Part shown: positions 1-9,809 of the stretch, in pieces
Layout: the number at the start of each line of letters is the position of its first letter
Position numbering within the stretch: the first letter of the stretch is position 1
Source: Methanomassiliicoccales archaeon
Lineage (GTDB): Archaea > Thermoplasmatota > Thermoplasmata > Methanomassiliicoccales > UBA472
NCBI GenBank assembly: GCA_036677555.1
Contig: JAVBWG010000008.1
Span: forward strand, 5,453 to 69,452
Length of the DNA: 64,000 nt
Reading direction: 5' to 3'
The notes under the pieces: generated by a model
What the model saw: the letters and a program-made list of their open reading frames with translations, nothing else
Told to the model about the DNA's origin: nothing
Databases searched by the model: none
Position numbers and translations under genes: made by a program

Positions 1-1
1 G

Positions 2-499
2 CTCCTGCTCTTCCTGGTCGACGCCATGATCCGCGGCCTGACCGTCGAGCTGACAGATAACAGGATGCTCATCGCCCTGCCGCTGCTGCTGGTCGGGGTA
101 TTGATGGCCTACAAGGGCGAGGGTTCCGGGGCCATCTTGGAGCTTCCAGGACTGATGGGCAACATCATATCCTACACTCGTCTGGCAGCCATAGGGATGT
201 CCAAGGCTGGTCTGGCCTTGGCCTTCAACACCATCGCTTTCGAGGTCATGTGGGGTCACGACTTCCACGTCCTGGGCTCGAACAGCGGAGACACGATAAT
301 GCTCATCGCCGCATTGGCAATATTCCTGATAGGGCACCTGACAATATTCGTGCTGGCCATCATATCGGCCGGCTTGCACAGCCTCAGGTTGCACTACGTA
401 GAGTTCTTCATGAAGTTCTACGAGGGCGGCGGTGTGGAGTTCAAACCCTTAAAAGTGATTCGTAAGTATACGAGAGATAAGAACGGAGTGAGTGAGTAA
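2..499 (+). CDS. atpI: A1A0 ATP synthase subunit I, C-terminal part (5' end outside window)
   Basis: Frame open to window edge. Polytopic hydrophobic sequence with a/I-subunit motifs ISYTRLAAIG and LRLHYVEFFMKFYEGGG. First gene of the canonical I-K-E-C-F-A-B-D order; 8-nt overlap with next gene. Confidence 0.8.
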   Translation, partial: LLLFLVDAMIRGLTVELTDNRMLIALPLLLVGVLMAYKGEGSGAILELPGLMGNIISYTRLAAIGMSKAGLALAFNTIAFEVMWGHDFHVLGSNSGDTIMLIAALAIFLIGHLTIFVLAIISAGLHSLRLHYVEFFMKFYEGGGVEFKPLKVIRKYTRDKNGVSE

Positions 500-719
500 A
501 ATGGCAGATGCAGGTTTGATAGCAATCGGTGCTGGAATCGCAGTCGGACTGACCGGTTTGGCCTCCGCCTTCGCGGAGAAGGAGATCGGTTCCGCCGCCA
601 TTGGCGCCATGGCCGAGAACGAGAAGCTCTTCGGTAAGGGTCTTATCCTGACCGTTATCCCGGAAACCATCGTCATCTTCGGTATGGTCGTCGCGATTCT
701 GCTCTGGCTCAACATGTGA
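492..719 (+). CDS. atpK: A1A0 ATP synthase subunit K (proteolipid c)
   Basis: 75-aa two-helix hairpin, Gly/Ala-rich first helix (IGAGIAVGLTGLASAF), conserved acidic residue in helix 2 (VIPETIVIFG); position after atpI. Confidence 0.85.
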   Translation: MSKMADAGLIAIGAGIAVGLTGLASAFAEKEIGSAAIGAMAENEKLFGKGLILTVIPETIVIFGMVVAILLWLNM

Positions 720-765
720 ACAGTGCGGAACGCACGGGAACGTACAAAGGTAAAGAGGCCGACGC

Positions 766-1323
766 ATGGCATTGGATGAAGTAATCAACAATATATCGGA
801 AGGAGCCCAGGCCAAGGCCCGGGAGCTTTCCGCCGAGGCGGAGAAGGAGCGCGCCGCCATCCTCAAACAGGCTGACGACAAGGTCGCCGCTAAGAGGCTG
901 GCCCAGCAGAAGGAGCTGGAGGTCGCCCTGAAGCGCCTGAAACAACAAGAAATATCCAGTGCCGAGCTTGAAGCTAAGAGGGTCATCCTCAACGCCAAGA
1001 AGGACGTCCTGGATAAGTCGTTCCAGGTGGCCTTAGACTCACTGCTCAACATGGACGAAGGGAACCGGGGTCGCATGTACCGCAAGATACTGGAGGGCGG
1101 CAAGACCGTCATCCAGGCTCCCAAGGTATATTGCCCTCGGGGAGAGTCCAAGTTGATCAGCGGTGTCAGCGGGTTGGGAGGCGTGATCGAGACCGACATG
1201 GAGACCGGGGTAATCCTGGAGGACGCCTCGGGAATCGTTCGGTTGGACTATCGCTTCCGGGTCCTATTGGAAAGTGTTTGGGATAAGGAACTGAAGAACG
1301 TCTCAAACATATTGTTCGGGTGA
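766..1323 (+). CDS. atpE: A1A0 ATP synthase subunit E
   Basis: 185 aa. Long charged N-terminal helix (AEAEKERAAILKQADDKVAAKRLAQQKELE) plus globular C-terminus, typical peripheral-stalk E; operon position. Confidence 0.8.
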   Translation: MALDEVINNISEGAQAKARELSAEAEKERAAILKQADDKVAAKRLAQQKELEVALKRLKQQEISSAELEAKRVILNAKKDVLDKSFQVALDSLLNMDEGNRGRMYRKILEGGKTVIQAPKVYCPRGESKLISGVSGLGGVIETDMETGVILEDASGIVRLDYRFRVLLESVWDKELKNVSNILFG

Positions 1324-1327
1324 AAGG

Positions 1328-2389
1328 ATGTTGTCAATCTGGGGTAGCAAAGGGAATTATTCCTACGTAACAGCCAGGGTCAAAGCGAAGAAGAGCCTGC
1401 TGATCTCCAAGGACAACTACCCCAAGCTACTGTTGATGGACCTCAACGAGATCGGTCGTTTCCTTGGTGAGACCCAGTACAAGGTCGAGATGACCGAACT
1501 GGCCACCAAGTACGACGGCGTCAATCTCATCGAGCTCGGCACCAGCAAGAACCTGGCCAGGATCTTCACTGATATTCTGGAGTACAGCAAGGGCGACCTG
1601 CGGGAGATGCTGGAAAGGTATCTCATGCGCTGGGACATGTGGAACATAAAGACCGTCCTTCGCGGAAAGTACTATGGAGCTTCCACCGAGGATATCCAGG
1701 AAGATATTGTGGCCGCCGGTAAGTTCAGTGAGGAGTACATAAATGTCCTGATCTCGCTGGAGACCGTCGAGGACGTGTTGAAGGAGCTGAGGAGCAAGGA
1801 GGGGCTGGTAATTCCTGACGAGATCGTCGCGGAATACAACGAGACAAAGACATTGGCCCCCTTGGAGGACTACCTTGACCGGCTGTACTACGACGATGTC
1901 CTGGATTGCGTGAAGTGCCGGAACAAGGCCGAGCGCCTGTTCAAGCAGTTCCTGCGCAAGGAGGTCGACATAACCAACCTCATGACCCTGCTAAAATTGA
2001 AGAAGGAAGGGCTTTCGCCGGACAAACCGGAGAAATACTTCATCGAGGGTGGAGAGGAACTGGATGTCAAGACCTTGGTCGCGCTCAGCAAGGCGGAGTC
2101 CATGGACCAGGTGGTCAGCGAGCTGGCCAAGTATTCATATTACGCGGAGACCAAGGAGGCGCTGGAGGAGTTCAAGCAGACCGGCTCGCTGAGCGCGGTT
2201 AGCCTGGCCATGCAGCGTCAGCTCCTGAGGAGCTCCGAGAAGTTCTCGCACATATATCCGCTGTCGGTCCTGCCGATCATGGACTACATGCTCAGGAAGA
2301 AGCAGGAAGTGGACAACATAAGGATAATCGCGAGATGCAAGGAGAGCAATCTGGGACCGGACCAGATAAAGAAGCTGTTGGTGATGTGA
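1328..2389 (+). CDS. atpC: A1A0 ATP synthase subunit C
   Basis: 353 aa all-helical protein in the C (eukaryotic d-like) slot of the operon; stop overlaps atpF start (ATGTGATG). Confidence 0.8.
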   Translation: MLSIWGSKGNYSYVTARVKAKKSLLISKDNYPKLLLMDLNEIGRFLGETQYKVEMTELATKYDGVNLIELGTSKNLARIFTDILEYSKGDLREMLERYLMRWDMWNIKTVLRGKYYGASTEDIQEDIVAAGKFSEEYINVLISLETVEDVLKELRSKEGLVIPDEIVAEYNETKTLAPLEDYLDRLYYDDVLDCVKCRNKAERLFKQFLRKEVDITNLMTLLKLKKEGLSPDKPEKYFIEGGEELDVKTLVALSKAESMDQVVSELAKYSYYAETKEALEEFKQTGSLSAVSLAMQRQLLRSSEKFSHIYPLSVLPIMDYMLRKKQEVDNIRIIARCKESNLGPDQIKKLLVM

Positions 2390-2688
2390 TGGACATTGCG
2401 GTATTAGGCAGCGACGAGTTCGTGTTGGGTTTCCGGCTGGGCGGAGTGAAGCGAATTTACACCGCCAAACCCAAGGATTACGAGGCCAAGGCGCTGGAGC
2501 TCATAGCTGACAGCAGCATTGGCGTGCTAGCGATCGATTCCTCCGACCTGGAGCTTCTGAGCCCCAACGCGAGGAGGAAGGTAACTGAAAGCATCGCCCC
2601 CGTCGTGGTGATGGTGGGCAAGGCCGAGAGCGACCTCAGGGAGAAGGTCAAGCGGGCCATCGGTGTTGATCTGTACAAAACTAATTGA
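2389..2688 (+). CDS. atpF: A1A0 ATP synthase subunit F
   Basis: Trimmed from track ORF 2335. ATG at 2389 gives the family N-terminus [19 protein letters not shown], ~99 aa; operon position. Confidence 0.8.
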   Translation: MDIAVLGSDEFVLGFRLGGVKRIYTAKPKDYEAKALELIADSSIGVLAIDSSDLELLSPNARRKVTESIAPVVVMVGKAESDLREKVKRAIGVDLYKTN

Positions 2689-2698
2689 GGGGTTTGAC

Positions 2699-4429
2699 AT
2701 GGGAAAGGAAGGCGTGATCTATAGAGTTGCAGGGCCTGTCGTTACGGCGGTCGGCATTTCGCCTAGGATGTACGACGTTATCCTGGTGGGCAAGGAGCAG
2801 CTCATGGGAGAGGTCATCAAGATCGTGGGCGAGAAGACCGTCATTCAGGTGTACGAGGATACCTCAGGCGTGCGACCGGGAGAGAAGGTCGTCGATACCG
2901 GACAGCCCCTCGTGGCCGAGCTGGGACCCGGCCTGTTGTCTAGCGTTTATGACGGAATACAGAGGCCGTTGCCGGTCCTGATGGACAAGATGGGCAACTT
3001 CATCGAGAGGGGAGTGACCGCTCCCGGCCTCGACCACAACCTGAAATGGCCGTTCACCCCCGTGGTGAAGCAGGGCGACACCGTCGCCGAGGGCCAGGTC
3101 ATCGGTACCGTTCCGGAACGGGCCATCACCCACAAGGTCATGGTGCCCCCTGGAATATCCGGAAGGGTGGACATGATCAAGTCCGGCGAGTTCACCGTGG
3201 ACGAGATCGTGGCCGTCATCGACGGCAAGGAAGTCAAGATGATGCAGAAGTGGCCCGTCCGGCGCGGCCGGCCCTTCGCCAAGAAGATGGCTCCCGAGGA
3301 GCCGCTCATCACCGGGCAGCGGGTGCTTGACACCCTGTTCCCGCTGACCAAGGGCGGCACTGGCGCCATCCCCGGCGGTTTCGGTACCGGAAAGACGGTT
3401 ACCCAGCAGCAGCTGGCCAAGTGGTCCGATGCGGAGATCGTGGTCTACATCGGCTGCGGAGAGCGCGGCAACGAGATGACCGAGGTTCTCACCTCCTTCC
3501 CGGAGCTGACCGATCCCAAGTCCGGAAAACCGCTGATGAACAGGACCGTTCTCATCGCCAACACCTCCAACATGCCCGTGGCCGCCCGTGAGGCGTCCGT
3601 GTACACCGGCATGACCATCGCCGAGTACTTCCGTGACATGGGGTTGAACGTCTCCCTGATGGCCGACTCGTCCTCCAGATGGGCCGAGGCCATGAGGGAA
3701 ATTTCCTCCAGACTTGAAGAGATGCCCGGCGAGGAAGGTTACCCCGCGTACCTGTCCGCCAGGCTGTCCGAGTTCTACGAGAGGGCCGGTCGTGTGGTAG
3801 CCCTCTCCGGAGGATTAGGCTCCATCTCCGTCGTGGGCGCTGTTTCGCCGCCCGGCGGTGACCTGTCCGAGCCGGTCACGCAGAACACCCTGCGCATCGT
3901 GCGTGTCTTCTGGGCCCTGGACACCAAGTTGAGGGAGAGGAGGCACTTCCCGGCCATCAACTGGCTTACGTCCTACTCGCTGTACTCCGGTCAGCTGGAC
4001 GGCTGGTACAAGAAGAACGTCGCCGAGGACTTCCCCGAGCTGCGCAACTGGGCCATCGGACTTCTCCAGAAGGAGGCCGAGCTGCAGGAGATCGTGCAGC
4101 TGGTCGGTTCCGATGCATTGCCGGACGAACAGAAGCTCACCCTTGAGATCAGCAGGATGATCCGCGAGATATTCCTGCAGCAGAACGCCTACCACCCCGT
4201 CGACACCTACTCGCCGATGAGCAGGCAGTACACCTACCTGCGCCTCATCAACCGCTTCTCCATCGCCGCGGCAAAGGCTGTGGAGAACGAGGTGTCTGTG
4301 GAGGCCATCGCCAACATGGACCTGCGCAACAAGCTCGCCAAGTCCAAGTTCGAGGACAACATCGAGGACATCCTGAAGGAGATCGGCGCGACCATGGACA
4401 AGGAGTTCGAAGCCCTGGGAGGTAAGTAA
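2699..4429 (+). CDS. atpA: A1A0 ATP synthase catalytic subunit A
   Basis: ATG 2699 preceded by GAGGGG. Walker A GGFGTGKT; conserved [10 protein letters not shown]-terminus and non-homologous insert typical of A subunits. Confidence 0.95.
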   Translation: MGKEGVIYRVAGPVVTAVGISPRMYDVILVGKEQLMGEVIKIVGEKTVIQVYEDTSGVRPGEKVVDTGQPLVAELGPGLLSSVYDGIQRPLPVLMDKMGNFIERGVTAPGLDHNLKWPFTPVVKQGDTVAEGQVIGTVPERAITHKVMVPPGISGRVDMIKSGEFTVDEIVAVIDGKEVKMMQKWPVRRGRPFAKKMAPEEPLITGQRVLDTLFPLTKGGTGAIPGGFGTGKTVTQQQLAKWSDAEIVVYIGCGERGNEMTEVLTSFPELTDPKSGKPLMNRTVLIANTSNMPVAAREASVYTGMTIAEYFRDMGLNVSLMADSSSRWAEAMREISSRLEEMPGEEGYPAYLSARLSEFYERAGRVVALSGGLGSISVVGAVSPPGGDLSEPVTQNTLRIVRVFWALDTKLRERRHFPAINWLTSYSLYSGQLDGWYKKNVAEDFPELRNWAIGLLQKEAELQEIVQLVGSDALPDEQKLTLEISRMIREIFLQQNAYHPVDTYSPMSRQYTYLRLINRFSIAAAKAVENEVSVEAIANMDLRNKLAKSKFEDNIEDILKEIGATMDKEFEALGGK

Positions 4430-5815
4430 ATGACATCCAAGGAATACCGTTCCATCACCCAGATCGCCGGGCCGCTCGTGTTCGTCGAGAAGACCGAGCC
4501 CGTAGGATACAACGAGCTGGCCATAGTGACCCTGCCGGACGGCAGCGAGAGGATGGGCCAGGTTCTGGACTCCTCGGACGAGGTTGTGGTCATCCAGATG
4601 TTCGAAGGCACCACCGGCATCCCCAAGACCGCCGGCGCGCGCTTCTTGGGCGAAACGATGAAGATGCCCGTGTCCAAGGACATGCTCGGAAGGATACTCT
4701 CCGGAAGCGGCAAGCCCCTGGATGGCGGACCGGCCATCGTTCCCGAGGACCGCCTGGAGATCATCGGCGCCGCCATCAACCCGTGGGCGCGGGACAACCC
4801 GTCCGAGTTCATTCAGACCGGCATATCGACCATCGACGGCATGAACACGCTCGTTCGCGGCCAGAAGCTGCCGATCTTCTCCGGTTCCGGTCTCCCGCAC
4901 AACGAGATCGCCCTGCAGATCGCTCGTCAGGCCAAGGTGCTCGGAGGCTCCGAGGACTTCGCCGTGGTGTTCGCCGCCATGGGCATCACGAACGAGGAGG
5001 CGCAGTACTTCATGAAGGACTTCGAGAGGACCGGCGCCCTGAAGCGCGCCGTGGTGTTCTTGAACCTGGCGGACGACCCGGCCATTGAGAGGATCATCAC
5101 CCCGAAGCTGGCCCTGACCACCGCCGAGTATCTGGCCTTCACCCTGGACATGCATGTCCTGGTCATCCTGACCGACCTGACCAACTACTGCGAGGCTCTC
5201 AGGCAGATCGGCGCCGCCCGTGAGGAAGTTCCGGGCCGACGCGGCTACCCGGGGTACATGTACACCGACCTGGCCGGTATCTACGAGCGCGCCGGGAGGA
5301 TCAAGGGCAAGAAGGGAAGCATCACCCAGATCCCCATCCTGTCCATGCCCGGTGACGATATCACCCACCCCATCCCGGACCTTACCGGATACATCACCGA
5401 AGGCCAGATCGTGGCCAAGAGGGAGCTGCTCAGGGCAGGCATATACCCGCCCATTGACGTAGGCTCGTCCCTGTCCCGGCTGATGAACGAGGGTATCGGA
5501 AAGGGACGCACCAGGGAGGACCACAAGGCCGTCTCCGACCAGTGCTACGCCGCATACGCGGAAGGACGCGACCTGCGCGGTCTCGTCGCCATCGTCGGAA
5601 AGGAGGCGTTGTCCGAGAGGGACCGCAAGTTCCTGGAGTTCGCCGACGACTTCGAGAAGCACATCGTGCAGCAGGGCCGCGAGGAGGACCGCACCATCGA
5701 GGGAACCCTCGACCAGATGTGGGACATACTCGCCTCGCTGGACGAGAGGCAGCTGACCAGGATCGACCGCAAGTACATCGAGAAGTACCACCCGAAGTAC
5801 CGCAAGAAGGATTGA
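4430..5815 (+). CDS. atpB: A1A0 ATP synthase subunit B
   Basis: 461 aa; [16 protein letters not shown]-terminus and degenerate P-loop region of non-catalytic B. Starts 1 nt after atpA stop. Confidence 0.95.
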   Translation: MTSKEYRSITQIAGPLVFVEKTEPVGYNELAIVTLPDGSERMGQVLDSSDEVVVIQMFEGTTGIPKTAGARFLGETMKMPVSKDMLGRILSGSGKPLDGGPAIVPEDRLEIIGAAINPWARDNPSEFIQTGISTIDGMNTLVRGQKLPIFSGSGLPHNEIALQIARQAKVLGGSEDFAVVFAAMGITNEEAQYFMKDFERTGALKRAVVFLNLADDPAIERIITPKLALTTAEYLAFTLDMHVLVILTDLTNYCEALRQIGAAREEVPGRRGYPGYMYTDLAGIYERAGRIKGKKGSITQIPILSMPGDDITHPIPDLTGYITEGQIVAKRELLRAGIYPPIDVGSSLSRLMNEGIGKGRTREDHKAVSDQCYAAYAEGRDLRGLVAIVGKEALSERDRKFLEFADDFEKHIVQQGREEDRTIEGTLDQMWDILASLDERQLTRIDRKYIEKYHPKYRKKD

Positions 5816-5816
5816 G

Positions 5817-6452
5817 ATGCCTACCGCCGACGTCAAACCGACCCGCTCCGAACTGCTGGAGATCAAGAAGAAGATCAAGCTGACCAAGTCCGGCTACAAG
5901 ATCCTCAAGATGAAGCGGGACGGTCTGATCCTGGAGTTCTTCAAGATCCTCGAGCAGGCCAAGGACATCCGGGACAAGGTCAACCGCGATTACGATGAAG
6001 CGATGCGCTGCATCGCCGTCGCCAAGGCGGTGGACGGAGCGATAGCGGTGCAGAGCGCCGCCTTCGCCCTGAAGACCCATCCCGAGCTTTCGCTGCGCTC
6101 CAAGAACATAATGGGCATCGTGGTTCCGGAGATCGAGGCCAACTCGATACGCACGCCGATGGACCAGCGCGGTTACGGCGTCATCGGCACCTCCGTCTAC
6201 ATCGACGAGGCCGCCAAGGCCTTCGAGAACCTGGTCGGGACGATAATCGAGGCCGCGGAGATCGAGACCACCATGAAGAAGCTTTTGGAAGAGGTGGAGA
6301 AGACCAAGCGCCGCGTCAACGCCCTGGAGTTCAAGGTGATCCCGGAGCTGCAGGAGTCCGAAGCCTTCATCCGCCTCCGCCTGGAGGAGATGGAGAGGGA
6401 GAACACCTTCCGGCTCAAGCGCGTCAAGCAGAAGGCGGAAGCCAAGGTCTGA
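5817..6452 (+). CDS. atpD: A1A0 ATP synthase subunit D (central stalk)
   Basis: 211 aa; VKPTRSELLEIKKKIKLTKSGYKILKMKRDGL N-terminus typical of D subunits; last operon gene. Confidence 0.9.
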   Translation: MPTADVKPTRSELLEIKKKIKLTKSGYKILKMKRDGLILEFFKILEQAKDIRDKVNRDYDEAMRCIAVAKAVDGAIAVQSAAFALKTHPELSLRSKNIMGIVVPEIEANSIRTPMDQRGYGVIGTSVYIDEAAKAFENLVGTIIEAAEIETTMKKLLEEVEKTKRRVNALEFKVIPELQESEAFIRLRLEEMERENTFRLKRVKQKAEAKV

Positions 6453-6487
6453 TGCTCGAAAAACTCTTCGACACCCCGGAAAAAAGG

Positions 6488-6525
6488 GCCAGGCTGGTCA
6501 GGTATGCCTGGCTCATTTCTCTTTT
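6488..6525. terminator. Hairpin plus T-rich tract between convergent atpD and carbonic anhydrase genes
   Basis: GCCAGGC (6488-6494) pairs with GCCTGGC (6506-6512), 11-nt loop, followed by TCATTTCTCTTTT; 36 nt after atpD stop. Confidence 0.5.
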
Positions 6526-6540
6526 AATGCTCGCCTTGGG

Positions 6541-7134
6541 CTACGTCCTCATAGTGATGTTCTGGGACGGCTGATCCAGCATCTCCAGGCGACCGTCCTC
6601 GAGGTGATACAGGGCGGACCTCACCTTCACTGGGACGCCGGGCATGACCCTGCCCAGCAGGACGCGCAGTGACGCTGCCTGCCCGACCGCCCATTCCCGC
6701 TCGTGCGGTTCATAGAAGCCGAGCCACGATCTGGCGTCCTCGATGTCCTCGCCAAGGGCATCGGAGAGCGCCTCAACATCCACCACGCCGGCCACCCGTT
6801 CGTCCAACCCTCCGGCGGAACGCATCCCGCAGCTGCTGTGGCCGACCACCAGCACGTTGCGGCACTCCATGACCGTCAGGCAGATCAGCAGGGAGCGCAG
6901 CGAATCGTGGGTTATGGAGTTCCCGGCGTTCCTGATGATGAAGACCTCCCCTGGTGACAGCCCCAGCATCTCCAGGGGCGGTATTCGGGAGTCCATGCAG
7001 GTGAGCACGACCGCCTTGGCCGAACCGTTCACAGGCGGCTGGACATACCTTTCCATCCAGGTCCGGTTGCCTTTCAGGACGTTCTTGATAAAAACATCGG
7101 CGCCATCCTCGTCCTTGGGCGGGGTGGTGTACAT
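6541..7134 (-). CDS. Beta-class carbonic anhydrase
   Basis: Zinc-ligand motifs CMDSR and HSSCGM with correct spacing; 197 aa. Confidence 0.8.
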   Translation of the reverse strand: MYTTPPKDEDGADVFIKNVLKGNRTWMERYVQPPVNGSAKAVVLTCMDSRIPPLEMLGLSPGEVFIIRNAGNSITHDSLRSLLICLTVMECRNVLVVGHSSCGMRSAGGLDERVAGVVDVEALSDALGEDIEDARSWLGFYEPHEREWAVGQAASLRVLLGRVMPGVPVKVRSALYHLEDGRLEMLDQPSQNITMRT

Positions 7135-7172
7135 TGCCCCCTTAGCCCAAGGACCGCTATTTCAATGTTTCC

Positions 7173-8633
7173 TCAGAAGTCGGCAATGGCCGGCTTCCCG
7201 GTCCCCAGGTTCACCAGTATCAGCTTTGCCGGGTCGGGGACGAAGTTGTGCATCTTCTGGAAGGATGTCTGGTCCTGCCAGGTCGATGCGTTGATCAGCC
7301 TTATGCCGTTGTAGAAGGAGACGCCGGCGCCGTGCACATGACCGGTGACGAAGATGTCCGGGACCTCGTCTATGACCAAATAGTCCTTCCTCTCCGGCGC
7401 GAACGGGGTCTTTCCTCCATAGGCCGGGGCGAGATGTCTCCTCTTCAGCATCTCCTCCATGGCCTTCAGGGGCTGGGAGTACGACAGCCCCTTAATTCCG
7501 TTGACCATATCGTCGAAGCTCTTGCCATGATAGGACAGGATGGTCCTGCCCTCGATGCGCAGGTAGGCGGGATTCCCTATCTGCAGCACGCTGGAATCGA
7601 ACATCCTGGCCACCTCCTCGCTCAGGGCCGGCTGCGGCTCGGCCGGGCGGACCATGTCATGGTTGCCGGGCTGCATGACGATGCGTATCCCGTCCGGCAC
7701 GTCCTTCAGGTGCTCGGCCATGGCCTTGTACTGGTCCAGGATGTCCTCGATGACCAGCTCTTCCTCCTGCCCCGGGAAGACGCCCACGCCGTCGACGCAA
7801 TCGCCCGGGATGACTATGTAACGGATGTCCAGGTCCTTGGCCTCGTCCTTCAGCCACTCGATCATGTTCTTCCAGCGTTCTTCAAGGAAGGTGTTGCTCC
7901 CCACATGCACGTCGGACATGAAGGCCACCTGAGCCGTCGAATCGCTCACCTCCATGCCGGAGCTGAACGGCACGTCAGGGCGGATGAGGTCCTTCAGTAT
8001 CATCTTGCGGTCCCGGCGGGACATCTTGCCCACCACCCCGATCACCTCGTCCTGCAGGACGGAATCCTTCGCCGCCTTGTTATCCTTGGGCACCATGATG
8101 GTCATCTTGCCGGTGTCATCCTCCAGCTCGATGATCTTCTCCCCCGACCGGGTCTCCCGCACCTCATTGACCATCCCGATGACCTTGACCTCGTCGGCCT
8201 GTAGCTTGTTAGGATCCATCGCCCGCTGGATGGATATGGCGCCCATCATGTCCCTCCGGCGGAGCAGCAGCGCCTTCAGGCTGGCGAAGCGGTCCTGGAA
8301 GTATCGGGCGAAGCCTTCCACTGACGCCAGGCAATCCGACTGGGCGGTGATGTCCTTCAGAACCTGAACCTCGCCCATCCTCCTCACCGCAGCGGGTTCC
8401 GGCCGCACGGTCGTCTCCAGGCGCGGTCCTTCCACGCGCACCACCGTCCTCAGGTCGCGCAGGGTCACCACCAGCGGCTGGTAAGGTATCTGGGGGATGA
8501 TCTGGCGGGCGAACTGCAGCGGCGACGGCTGGGACAGAATGAACTCCTCGGCCTCCTGGTCAAGAAGAAAACCGTCGTTGGCCAGGGCCTCCACGACCTT
8601 GCTGCGCATCCGACCTTGCCATGCCGCCCCCAT
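7173..8633 (-). CDS. DNA polymerase II (PolD) small subunit DP1
   Basis: 486 aa. C-terminal calcineurin-like phosphoesterase motifs FMSDVHVGS, PGDCVDGVG, GNHD, GHVHG preceded by an OB-like region; archaeal-specific family. Confidence 0.9.
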   Translation of the reverse strand: MGAAWQGRMRSKVVEALANDGFLLDQEAEEFILSQPSPLQFARQIIPQIPYQPLVVTLRDLRTVVRVEGPRLETTVRPEPAAVRRMGEVQVLKDITAQSDCLASVEGFARYFQDRFASLKALLLRRRDMMGAISIQRAMDPNKLQADEVKVIGMVNEVRETRSGEKIIELEDDTGKMTIMVPKDNKAAKDSVLQDEVIGVVGKMSRRDRKMILKDLIRPDVPFSSGMEVSDSTAQVAFMSDVHVGSNTFLEERWKNMIEWLKDEAKDLDIRYIVIPGDCVDGVGVFPGQEEELVIEDILDQYKAMAEHLKDVPDGIRIVMQPGNHDMVRPAEPQPALSEEVARMFDSSVLQIGNPAYLRIEGRTILSYHGKSFDDMVNGIKGLSYSQPLKAMEEMLKRRHLAPAYGGKTPFAPERKDYLVIDEVPDIFVTGHVHGAGVSFYNGIRLINASTWQDQTSFQKMHNFVPDPAKLILVNLGTGKPAIADF

Positions 8634-8664
8634 TTTAAATAGTTTCTTAAATTATCCATTCCCG

Positions 8665-9048
8665 ATGGTCGAGGTCACAGCCAATGCCAGGTCGTACCCC
8701 ACCGAGGACGCCGAGAGGGTGCGCCGCTGCCTCCTGAACATCTTCCCGGAGGCAGACCTGACGGAAAGGGATGGAACGGTCACGGCCACCGTCCAAGGCC
8801 TGTCGCGGTTCAAAGAACTGATCCGCAACCACCGGATCCTGGACAGCACCCGGGCGGTCATGCTCCGCGGCATGTCCGGCGATCGCATATCGTTCGATCT
8901 CAACAAGCAGGCAGCCTTCGTCGGGAAGATCTCCTTCGCCGAGGGGAACGCGCCCCTGGGGCATATCGAGGTGGTCATCAGGGGCGACGACCTGGAGGCG
9001 CTCATCGACGATGTCGCGCCCCGCACCGTGGACGGGGAGATACCTTGA
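8665..9048 (+). CDS. UPF0201 family (COG1931) putative RNA-binding protein
   Basis: Trimmed from 8497 to ATG 8665. N-terminus VEVTANARSYPTEDAERVRRCLLNIFP matches the PTED...F P pattern of this ~130-aa archaeal family. Confidence 0.7.
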   Translation: MVEVTANARSYPTEDAERVRRCLLNIFPEADLTERDGTVTATVQGLSRFKELIRNHRILDSTRAVMLRGMSGDRISFDLNKQAAFVGKISFAEGNAPLGHIEVVIRGDDLEALIDDVAPRTVDGEIP

Positions 9049-9809
9049 TCGCCATCTCCTCCCCGCACCTCTCGCGCTGGGACTTCCCTTACGCTCTGGA
9101 GAGGGTCGCCGAGCATTACCAGGCATGGGAGATAGTGGCCGAGGGGAAGCACCTTCTGAGGGACATATGTGATGATTTTCTCAAGCTCGCCCCGTCCTAC
9201 GATCTCGAATTTTCCGTCCACGCGCCTCTGAGCGATGTGAACATCGGGGCCATCAACCCGAGGATGAGGGAGGCCGCCCTGAACGAGGTGCTGGAGGCTA
9301 TCGAGCTGGCGCACCGCATGAACATCGACCTGATCACGGTACATCCGGGCTTCATGTCCCCCCTGGCGGTCCTGGACCGGGGCACCGCAGTGGAAGCCAC
9401 GAAGAGATCGCTGAAGGTCATCAACGCCCGTGCCAGGGACCTGGGCGTACGCGTCGCTCTGGAGAACATGCCGGAGATGCCCGCCTCCATGGCCAAGACC
9501 CCCGAGGAGCTCCTGGAGTTCATGGAGGGGACGGAGATGGGCGTGTGCTTCGATATCGGCCATGCCAACACCGTCGGAAACATTCCGGATTTTCTTGCGA
9601 TAAGGGGCCGCTTCATCAACATGCACGTTCACGACAACATCGGCGACCGGGACCGGCACATGGTCATCGGGGAGGGCAACATTGACTTCCGCAGATGGCT
9701 GGAGGCGTTCCGGCCCTACCGGGGCAGGTACGTCATCGAGGCCCGCGAGCTGGAGGCGTCGCTGCTGTCCCGTGATAGGCTGCGGGGAATATTGGCCGCC
9801 TTCGAGTGA
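9045..9809 (+). CDS. Sugar phosphate isomerase/epimerase (xylose-isomerase-like TIM barrel)
   Basis: 254 aa. Alternating beta-alpha pattern with HAP, VHPG, LENM, FDIGHA, HVHDN motifs typical of AP-endonuclease-2/TIM-barrel family; 4-nt overlap with upstream gene. Confidence 0.7.
   Translation: MIAISSPHLSRWDFPYALERVAEHYQAWEIVAEGKHLLRDICDDFLKLAPSYDLEFSVHAPLSDVNIGAINPRMREAALNEVLEAIELAHRMNIDLITVHPGFMSPLAVLDRGTAVEATKRSLKVINARARDLGVRVALENMPEMPASMAKTPEELLEFMEGTEMGVCFDIGHANTVGNIPDFLAIRGRFINMHVHDNIGDRDRHMVIGEGNIDFRRWLEAFRPYRGRYVIEARELEASLLSRDRLRGILAAFE

Noticed and set aside
3815-5887. 690-aa minus-strand ORF spanning atpA/atpB
   Set aside because: It lies entirely antisense to two motif-perfect ATPase genes. 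Its low-complexity G/L/V/D/R/H/Q composition is typical of the reverse frame of GC3-rich codons. It is a shadow ORF.
8497-8664. N-terminal extensions in the ORF track (also 12018-12170, 38449-38664, 39077-39256, 40930-41016, 34795-34881, 50021-50095)
   Set aside because: The extensions overlap neighbouring genes or promoters and are Arg/Ser/Pro-rich. Internal ATGs reproduce the conserved family N-termini (PTED, ExExK, MRVYVVDNGG and others).
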